From contig NIVC01003601.1 in assembly GCA_002269645.1 (NCBI GenBank), forward strand, positions 1 through 64,000: a stretch of 64,000 nucleotides of DNA, written 5' to 3'. How positions within the stretch are numbered: the first letter of the stretch is position 1; each line of letters opens with the position of its first letter. Below are positions 54,501 through 64,000 of this stretch, piece by piece. Source of the stretch: Macrostomum lignano (lineage: Eukaryota). The notes below the pieces were generated by a model. It worked only from the letters and a program-made list of their open reading frames with translations, was not told where the DNA came from and did no database searches. A program made the position numbers and the translations under genes.

Positions 54501-57500
54501 GTTGGGGTAGGAGTAGGGGAATGGGGGTTGGGTTAGCAATGGAGGAATGAGGGTTGGGGTAGGAGTAGGGAATGGGGGTTGGGTTAGCAATGGAGGAATG
54601 AGGGTTGGGGTAGCAGTGGAGGAATAGGGGTTAAGGTAGCAGTGGGGGAATGGGGGTTGGGGTAGCAGTGGAGGAATAGGGGTTAAGATAGCAGTGGGGG
54701 AATGGGGGTTGGGGTAGCAGTGGGAGGATGGAAGAGGTGGTAGTGAAAGAAAGGAGCAAAGGTGGTAGAGAAAAAGTATATATTACTTAAATATAACATA
54801 AGAAAAAATTACCTCCTAACAAATCTCCCTAAAAGGACAAGACAACAAGCTTAGCAGTTCACAGTCTCGTAAAAAATGTATTCGATGACGAAGAAGTACT
54901 GATCGTGAATCCTAGCTCTGTGTGGACAGCAATTCACGTTGAGAATCTGTTGAAGATGCGCAACTACAAGTCTCCAGTAGTCAAGGTGTTTAAAAAATGC
55001 ACGCCAGATCAACTAGAAGAGGTTCAGCAGGCGCTCTTAAGCTCGGGATCCGACAGTGAGTAATTCCACAGCATTAACCATGGTTTTTTTAATTCATCAG
55101 CCCTACAATCCTTAAATCATCAACCCCACAATCCCTGAATCGTCAACTCTACAATCCCTAAATCATCAACCCTAAAATTCTAGATCATCAATCCTACAAT
55201 CCTTAAATCATCAACCCCACAATCCCTGAATCGTCAACTCTACAATCCTAGATCATCAACCCTACAATCCTTAAATCATCAACCCTAAAATCCTAGATCA
55301 TCAATCCTACGAGCTACAATCCTTAAATCATCAACCCCACAATCCCTGAATCGTCAACTCTAGAATCCTTAAATCATCAACCCTAAAATCCTAGATCATC
55401 AATCCTACAATCCTTAAATCATCAACCCCACAATCCCTGAATCGTCAACTCTACAATCCCTAAATCATCAACTCTAAAATCCTAGATCATCAATCCTACA
55501 ATCCTTAAATCATCAACCCCAAAATCCCTGAATCGTCAACTCTACAATCCCTAAATCACCAACTCTACAATCCCTAAATCATCAACCCTAAAATCCTAGA
55601 TCATCAATCCTACAATCCTTAAATCATCAACCCTACAATCCTTAAATCATCAGCCCACAATCAAAGTAAATCATCAACCCTACAAGCTCTAAATCATCAA
55701 TCTTGCAATCCCTAAATCATCAGCAATACAATCTCTAAATCATGAACACCATAGAGTCCGAAATCACTCAAGGCTCATTAGATATACACAGCCATCAAAT
55801 CAGGCCAGTTTTTAGATATCTGGCCTGATATGCCCAATAAAATTTATTTTATAACAGCCATTTGATTCTATAGATCAACTGATGGCAGTGAACGAGCCGT
55901 TAAATAAAACTGAAGTACTATTTGAATCGACACCTGATTACCTAAACAGTATTTACCTGCTTTACTGCTTTATTCATTCCATCTCCCAGGAATTCAATTC
56001 TACAACGAGAACATCACAAGCATCCCAATCATGGAGGACAAACTCAAGCACGTTCGTCACGCCCTGGTCGAGGCCAAGTGCTCCAGATCCGGGATCATTA
56101 ATCCCATAGACTACCTGGTGAACGAAGGCGGCGATATCGAACTGATACTCGACTACACCAAACGACTGTTGCAAGACAGCAAACCGACAAACTATTTGCA
56201 ATTGAAATTTCAAACTTTGCAAACGCTTAAGCACGTGCTTGGATGTGAGTTGGCTTTTATTGAATGTGCTGGTAAACATAGATGCAAGAGAAAACATGTG
56301 GCAAGGTAGGAAGGACACCAAAGTTTGATAAAGGAGATTGAAGTTTGGTATTAGGGATTCTAACGCTGGATCCCGGGATCTCGAAACTCCGAAATCCGGT
56401 ACAATCCCAGGACTGGAACACCCAGGTGAGATGGGAAACCGAAGAGTGACGTGAGTTAAAAGATCGACAGATAAGATCGGAAACAGAAAAGTGAGATACA
56501 ATTCAATACGAACTTAGATGATGCTATGGTGTCTTCAAAATTTACGTTGCACTAAAGCGAAATGCTTCGAAGCCTAAAGAGATTTTGATTTGTGATTCTT
56601 AAACCACGCAGCTGGTAGACTCCGATCGGCAGTGTACCTAACCAGATCGATATACGACGAAGAAAACGAACACATCGTAGACATCGCTCTGGACGCCATG
56701 AATCGACTTCACGTCCGCGATCGCAAAGATCCATTCGACGTGGCGCCAACTAACTTGGCCATCTCCGGACAAGATATTGACGACAAGGACGTCATCAACG
56801 GGCACTATATCAAGATACCGCCATCCGGGAATAGCAACGGCTGCTTTGTGGCTCTCATTATCCGACAGGTGAGCAGGGAGATATAATAAGATTAGGAAGT
56901 TCATGAAGGGCTGGAGTTTAGCTACAATACAGTCTATCTGCTGATAATAACGTCAATCAACACTGTCTCTCTTCTCGTAAACAGCCGCGCGAACAAGCGG
57001 AGATGGCAGGCATTCTGAATCGTTGCAAAGAGAAAGGCCTAGTTGACTACACCGAGACCGAAGACAACAGGCTGCCGAAGAGCAAGAAAAAGGGCAAGAA
57101 AGGTCGGGAAAGCATTTTTTAAGTGTTGTTCTATCTCAAAATGAACTATAAATTTTATTTTTAATATTGCTCATCATTTCCTAATAATAGATAACTCATT
57201 CGAACACAGTGATTTAATATTTATGCTCAGTCACCCGTTGATTTAATCCTTATCATTAAATGCTTAAATAGATGTTACACTTATGTTGAGAATTACACAA
57301 GTCAACAGACCACTATTAACAGTACTGAGATTAGAATTTTTTAAATCCCATGCAGGGTGTCTTCATTGAATCTCTCTGCTGCAACCCCCCCCCCACCTCG
57401 AAACCTCCAGGACCTTCGAAAAAACTTCTGAAAAACTCGCAATTACAGTTTTTTTAGAAGCAAAAGTTGATGTCCTTAATTTGTGTACTTTGCAGAGACG

Positions 57501-59000
57501 TATATCAGTCCGATTTGTAGAAGCAAATTAATCTGAAACATTAATGCCATAATTATCAAAATACATTAGCCCGCCAGCAACTCACACCGTCTGCCGGGCA
57601 TCATTCATCGCCGGGTAACGCCAGCGACCTCTTAGAGCCGGCCTTCAGCTTTGGCAAAGGCGGCGGCAATACGCCTACACAGCAACAGAGACAGCACCAG
57701 CCAGGACCCTACGCGGCCATGCAAGCCGCGTCAGCAAATGCTGCTGAATTCACCCATAGTGGAACAGCTGTTGGTAGAAGGAGGCCAAGCATTGTTGGCC
57801 ATGGCGGTGGTATTGGTTCTGCGCCACTAGCTGCTGGGAAGGTAAACTGAGAACTCTGCATCGGCGAATGCATGCACCAACAGTACTATGGACTTAACAA
57901 GACGCTTGCGAATGCACAGGAATCACCGTTTAGGCTAGTTAGTAAAAAATTGAGTTTAGAAAACAGAGCCACTGATAAGTGATGAGAGAACTTAGAAAAA
58001 TAAGGGTAACTACATGGAGAGAATCGAGGGAAATGAGAGGCTAAATAAGAGAAATACTCGTAAAGAAGAAAAGAAAGGAGACAAAATGAGAAGGGGTGAG
58101 GGTAGAATGGACGAAATGAGAAGGGGGTGAGGGGAGAATGGACGAAATGAGAAGGGGGTGAGGGTAGAATGGACGAAATGAGAAGGAGGTGAGGGGAGAA
58201 TGGACGAAATGAGAAGGGGTGAGGGGAGAATGGACGAAATGAAAAGGGGGTGAGGGGAGAATGGACGAAATAAAAAGGGGGTGAGGGGAGAATGGACGAA
58301 ATGAGAAGGGGGTGAAGGGAGAATGGACAAAATGAGAAGCAAGGAGATGCCTGACAGTAAGCTACAGGAAGGTAATAGAACTGCACCTGCATGTTTTGAC
58401 AATTTATAAGCAGTTTTGAGTAAGCATGTTCATCACAGAATTTATCAAATAAGTTTATCAAATAAGTTTATCAAAGTGCTAAAAGTATTCTGATTTATTA
58501 CATAGCTACTTGTGTTGACCCAGCAAGAATTATCATGTCGTGAGGTGTCCAAATGCAAAAGATCTGAATTTACATAGTATTTTTCTATTATTAGGTATCA
58601 CCTATGTACCCAATTCTTGCTTTTGAATGATGCACACAAATTTTCTTTATAGCCAGTGCTTACAATACTACTTAATCACTCAAACATTGCATATGATTTT
58701 TGAAACCTGATTTATTATTTGATAATTAGGCTACTATTGACATCCACTTTGGTAACCTTAACATTCAACCCTAAAACCTAAACAAATGCCATTATGTGTA
58801 AAAAAATAAAAGTTTTAAATAAAAATCAATTCTAATCAGATTGATAAAAAACTATTGGATTTTCTATCTAATAATAAACTTTGTAATAATTTCAGGAGAC
58901 AAGAAGAGAAGAAAGGAGGACAAGTCTGACCCCAAAGCTGAGGGTCACCTTCAATACCAATCAGCTAATGGAGTCCCAACCAATACAACTGAATGATTAA
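51574..59000 (+). CDS. NSUN7: NSUN7-like NOP2/Sun RNA m5C methyltransferase family protein (probable pseudoenzyme), about 722 aa
   Basis: Exons 51574-51988, 52369-52427, 53518-53985, 54836-55055, 55990-56244, 56612-56868, 56985-57102, 57570-57841, 58896-59000 (2169 nt in frame). NSUN7-type blocks: TYTLALETIK, DFISRKFQKR, IKLQAALAKIRIK, ASKIPVYAWVNQLK, QDKTTSLAVHS, CSRSGIINPIDYLVNEGGD, SIYDEENE, SNGCFVALIIR, RCKEKGLVD. The last two exons are low complexity and less certain. Confidence 0.88.
52775..53450. repeat. 26-bp minisatellite
   Basis: Unit GTGTGACAATCTTGGAGTGATTCTCA with recurrent variant monomers; NSUN7 intron 2. Confidence 0.95.
54040..54730. repeat. G-rich minisatellite (about 52-bp compound unit)
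   Basis: GGGTTGGGGTAGGAGTAGGGGAATGGGGGTTGGGTTAGCAATGGAGGAATGA repeats; NSUN7 intron 3. Confidence 0.94.
55090..55740. repeat. About 21-bp minisatellite
   Basis: Units like AAATCATCAACCCTACAATCCTT; NSUN7 intron 4. Confidence 0.93.
58075..58340. repeat. 31-bp minisatellite
   Basis: Unit GAATGGACGAAATGAGAAGGGGGTGAGGGGA, about 8 copies. Confidence 0.93.
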
Positions 59001-60739
59001 CATTTTTTTATTCAACAACAATTTTTTTTGCTTTTTTACCCTTATATATGCAGCTTATAATTGAAGTAAAAACACAAACTAAAAATATACTGGCAATTGA
59101 AAAGCTGCCAAACTAGAATATCAATGGTTATAAGCCTAGTTTAAGATAAAAATGAAAGCAAATATATAGTATAGTAACTCTTAGGAGTATTAGCATCCCT
59201 CAATCTAAATCTGTAACTATTATTTGCGAACTAAACAAAATCAAGTATATTTAAATACATGAAATTAAAAGATAAACTTCCTTCATATTTCATTTTAAAA
59301 TTTCAACTATCTATATAACTAAACTTCACTTATTTATACTCTAAATCTAAAAAGGTACTAAACCTAAGTCCTAAGTAAGTTTATTAGTGATATAACTATA
59401 GTTTTATAAAAAAAACATTTAAATTGACTCTATCTCAATCTCTATGACCCTATCGACTTCTTAAGAATCCCTAATTGCAAATACTAAAATCTTGTTGAGT
59501 ATACTGTACTATTATATATACATGGGAAATGAGATGGCCATGGGAAATTATATATACATGATCGATTAAAGATAACGCTTTAGTACTTAGTAGCATCGCA
59601 TCGCTCTCATTTATTTTATTTAGCGAAAAAAGTTTTTATTCAAAATCTATGAATGGTAAATTCTGCTTGCATTAAAAAGCTGAACACGTGCAAGCATCTT
59701 TTAACGTTCTGCATGAATACAAAAATAATTTACACACTAGTCTATTAGGGCCTTTTACTATTTCTTGAGTGAAAATTGTACTTAACTGGTCGCATACACA
59801 GGGTAATAAAATAAATTTTTGTTTTACTTAAGTAAACCAAAATTAAAAATCGTGCGACGCGTGCTGGCATGAAGTGTTAAATTTAAAGATGCTAATTAAA
59901 AACTGTTATCTTGGAACAAAAATTAAACGAAGCGACAAACTAGACCAAAATCAATAGTTCAAATATTTCCCGAAAAGGGAAATTCTCTCGGCTAGACGGG
60001 CCCAAAGCGCGCTCCCATACAATCAAATGGGAGTGTATCAATTGAAAGCTTTCACGGGTGTTTAATAACAATTTGCAGTAGAAAAATCGACGTTTGTTAA
60101 TATTAATTCGCTTGCATGTAATTTGAAAACAAAATTTACAGGAATGAGGGTTCCTGTGTTCAACGTTCAACAAAAGCTTTTAAGGCATATTTGTTGGTGC
60201 TACTGTGCATTGCTGTGCTGGCCTATGCACTAGACTAAACAAGTGAAGGCTTCGTGTACAAGATAAATGAAAGGAGCTTTTCTTAAATTTCTTGTGCATT
60301 ATTATGTGATTGCTTAAGTAATTTTGTTCTATAGTTTAAAGCCTGTCACGTGTCAGTTAATTAATAATACAGGCATTTGAAATATAAATGTAGGTCTAAT
60401 ATTATGAGAAGTAACTTATAAGCTGCTTTTATTCAATAATAAAAAGGCTTCAATTCAATTAAATTTAATTATTTAGCTATAGCCCTATGTTATGTATGTA
60501 GGAAAGCCTATTGAGCACTAAGCCTAGGCCTAGCTTATTGACTTGGTCTTAATGAATAGATTTAGCTAACTTACTAGATAAGAGCCTTAAAATTTTTGTT
60601 TTTTCTATCTATCTACTTTATGTATACCAATAGGCCTAGACTAAATAACAAGCTATAAAACTAAGCCTACAATATTTTATATCAAATACCTGATGTTTGA
60701 CTTATTTTCCTTTCCTTAATTCCCCTCTCCCCTAACCTT

Positions 60740-63700
60740 GGATTTCCTCCCTCTAACCCTAGCTTCTCTCCCCCTGACCCCTGGCTTCCCTCCTTCCTAA
60801 TCCTTGGCTTTACTCCTAACCCTTGGCTTCCCTCCCCTGACCCTGGCTTCCCTTCCCTGATCCTGGCTTCCCTTCCCTGATCCTAGCTTCTCTCCTCCCC
60901 TGACCCTGGCTTCTTTCCTCCCCTGACCCTGGCTTCTCTCCTCCCCTGACCCTGGCTTCCTTCCCCTGACCCTGGCTTCTCTCCCCCTGACCCTGGCTTC
61001 CCTCCTTCCTAATCCTTGGCTTTACTCCTAACCCTTGGCTTCCCTCCCCTGACCCTGGCTTCCCTCCCCTGACCCTGGCTTCCCTCCCCTGACCCTGGCT
61101 TCTCTCCTCCCCTGACCCTGGCTTCTCTCCTCCCCTGACCCTGGCTTCCTTCCCCTGACCCTGGCTTTTCTCCCCTTGACCCTAGCTTTTCTCCACTTGG
61201 CCCTGGCTTCTCTCCCCCTGATCCTAGCTTCCCTCCCCTGATCCTGGCTTCCCTTCCCTGATCCTAGCTTCTCTCCTCCCCTGACCCTGGCTTCTTTCCT
61301 CCCCTGACCCTGGCTTCTCTCCTCCCCTGACCCTGGCTTCCTTCCCCTGACCCTGGCTTCCTTCCCCTGACCCTGGCTTCTCTCCCCCTGACCCTGGCTT
61401 CCCTGCCCTGACCCTGGCTTCCCTCCCCTGATCCTGGCTTCCCTTCCCTGATCCTAGCTTCTCTCCTCCCCTGACCCTGGCTTCTTTCCTCCCCTGACCC
61501 TGGCTTCCTTCCCCTGACCCTGGCTTCCTTCCCCTGACCCTGGCTTCCCTCCCTTGACCCTGGCTTCTCTCCCCCTGACCCTGGCTTCTCTCCCCTGACC
61601 CTGGCTTCTCTCTGCCTGGCCTGGCTTTTCTCCTTATTGACCCTTGAATTCTCTCCCCGTGACCCTGGCTTCCCTGCCCTGACCCTGGCTTCCTTCCCCT
61701 GACCCTGGCTTCTCTCCCCCTGACCCTGGCTTCCCTCCTTCCTAATCCTTGGCTTTACTCCTAACCCTTGGCTTCCCTCCCCTGACCCTGGCTTCCCTCC
61801 CCTGACCCTGGCTTCCTTCCCCTGACCCTGGCTTCTCTCCCCTTGACCCTGGCTTTTCTCCACTTGGCCCTGGCTTCTCTCCCCCTGACCCTGGCTTCCC
61901 TCCCCTGATCCTGGCTTCCCTCCCCTGACCCTGGCTTCTCTCCCCCGATCCTGGCTTCTCTCCACTTGGCCCTGGCTTCCCTCCCTTGACCCTGGCTTCT
62001 CTCCTCCCCTGATCGTGGCTTCTCTCCCTGACCCTGGCTTCTCTCCCCTGACCCTGGCTTCCCTCCTTCCTAATCCTTGGCTTTACTCCTAACCCTTGGC
62101 TTTTCTCCCCTGACCCTGGCTTCCCTCCCCTGACCCTGGCTTCCCTTCCCTGATCCTGGCTTCTCTCCTCCCCTGACCCTGGCTTCTTTCCTCCCCTGAC
62201 CCTGGCTTCTCTCCTCCCCTGACCCTGGCTTCCTTCCCCTGACCCTGGCTTCTCTCCACTTTGCCCTGGCTTCTCTCCCCCTTACCCTAGCTTCCCTCCC
62301 CTGATCCTGGCTTCCCTCCCCTGACCCTGGCTTCCCTCCCTTGAACCTGGCTTCTCTCCTCCCCTGACCCTGGCTTTTCTCCCCTGACCCTGGCTTCTCT
62401 CCCCTGACCCTGGCTTCTCTCCGCCTGGCCTGGCTTTTCTCCTTATTGACCCTTGGCTTCTCTCCCTGTGACCCTGGCTTCCCTGCCCTGACCCTGGCTT
62501 CCCTACCCTGACCCTGGCTTCTCTCCCCTTGACCCTGGCTTCCCTCCTTCCTAATCCTTGGCTTTACTCCTAACCCTTGGCTTCCCTCCCCTGACCCTGG
62601 CTTCCCTCCCCTGACCCTGGCTTCCCTTCCCTGATCCTGGCTTCCCTTCCCTGATCCTAGCTTCTCTCCTCCCCTGACCCTGGCTTCTTTCCTCCCCTGA
62701 CCCTGGCTTCTCTCCTCCCCTGACCCTGGCTTCCCTCCCCTGACCCTGGCTTCCTTCCCCTGACCCTGGCTTCTCTCCCCTTGACCCTGGCTTTTCTCCA
62801 CTTGGCCCTGGCTTCTCTCCCCCTGACCCTGGCTTCCCTCCCCTGATCCTGGCTTCCCTCCCCTGACCCTGGCTTCTCTCCCCCGATCCTGGCTTCTCTC
62901 CACTTGGCCCTGGCTTCCCTCCCTTGACCCTGGCTTCTCTCCTCCCCTGATCGTGGCTTCTCTCCCCTGACCCTGGCTTCTCTCCCCTGACCCTGGCTTC
63001 TCTCCCCTGACCCTGGCTTCCCTCCTTCCTAATCCTTGGCTTTACTCCTAACCCTTGGCTTTTCTCCCCTGACCCTGGCTTCCCTCCCCTGACCCTGGCT
63101 TCCCTCCCCTGATCCTAGCTTCTTTCCTCCCCTGACCCTGGCTTCTTTCCTCCCACTGACCCTGGCTTCTCTCCTCCCCTGACCCTGGCTTCTTTCCTCC
63201 CCTGACCCTGGCTTCTCTCCTCCCCTGACCCTGGCTTCCTTCCCCTGACCCTGGCTTCTCTCCACTTTGCCCTGGCTTCTCTCCCCCTTACCCTAGCTTC
63301 CCTCCCCTGATCCTGGCTTCCCTCCCCTGACCCTGGCTTCCCTCCCTTGAACCTGGCTTCTCTCCTCCCCTAACCCTGGCTTTTCTCCCCTGACCCTGGC
63401 TTCTCTCCCCTGACCCTGGCTTCTCTCCGCCTGGCCTGGCTTTTCTCCTTATTGACCCTTGGCTTCTCTCCCCGTGACCCTGGCTTCCCTGCCCTGACCC
63501 TGGCTTCCCTACCCTGACCCTGGCTTCCTTCCCCTGACCCTAGCTTCCCTCCCCTGACCCTGGCTTCCTTCCCCTGACCCTGGCTTCTCTCCACTTGTCC
63601 CTGGCTTCGCTCCCCTGGCCCTGTCTTCCCTCCCCTGACCCTGGCTTCCGTCCCTTGACCCTGGATTCTCTCCCCTGACCCTAGCTTCCCTCCCCTGACC

Positions 63701-63910
63701 CTGGCTTCCTTCCCCTGACCCTGGCTTCTCTCCCCTGACCCTGGCTTCCTTCCCCTGACCCTGGCTTCCCTCCCCTGACCCTGGCTTCTCTCCTCCCCTG
63801 ACCCATGCCTCCCTCTCTCCTGAACCCTGGATTCCCTCACTCCTGACCCTTGTTTCTCTCTCTCCTGACCCATGGCTTCCTCTACTGACCCATGGCTTCC
63901 TCTACTGACC
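60740..63910. repeat. About 20-bp C-rich satellite (CCCCTGACCCTGGCTT core), about 3.2 kb
   Basis: Unit CCCCTGACCCTGGCTTC(T/C)CT(C); diagnostic variant block CTTCCTAATCCTTGGCTTTACTCCTAACCCTTGGC recurs six times (about 60791, 61005, 61738, 62065, 62546, 63024). Confidence 0.97.
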
Positions 63911-64000
63911 CATGGCTTCCCTCACTCTTGACCAGTGGCTCTGCCTCCTTGCTCTTTCCCCCTGCTCTGCCTCCTGGTTTCTGCCTTCTGCTCTGTCCGC

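Noticed and set aside
59940-60173. 77-aa minus-strand ORF with Cys pairs
   Set aside because: Short, AT-rich, no recognisable domain or splice context.

Overview
Eukaryotic (invertebrate animal) genomic DNA with spliceosomal GT-AG introns; no prokaryotic features, CRISPR arrays or rRNA seen. Five multi-exon genes can be assembled by hand with consistent splice phases. (1-2) A tail-to-tail pair of paralogous ionotropic glutamate-receptor-family genes (328-5911 +, 5'-partial; 7857-17732 -, complete, 847 aa) with matching exon structure, a glycine-type rather than glutamate-type ligand signature and a divergent M3 gate. (3) TMEM234 (19280-20727 -). (4) ARID3/dead ringer (26110-49422 +, 682 aa, 15.9-kb first intron). 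(5) NSUN7 (51574-59000 +, 722 aa), whose motif VI catalytic Cys is replaced by Arg. Roughly 28 kb (about 44%, my estimate) is tandem repeat: most large introns hold their own micro/minisatellite, and unit lengths cluster at 20-23 and 41-42 bp. Seven arrays between 15 and 41 kb, centred on the ARID3 start, share a GGCG(CC)/TTTGGCGCC (E2F-like) core, and one 6.3-kb 21-bp array has an 11-monomer higher-order repeat. Two tRNA-derived SINE families are present, one with a CORE domain. Almost all long ORFs in the supplied track are translations of tandem repeats, not genes. A free-living-flatworm-like origin is only a guess from composition.
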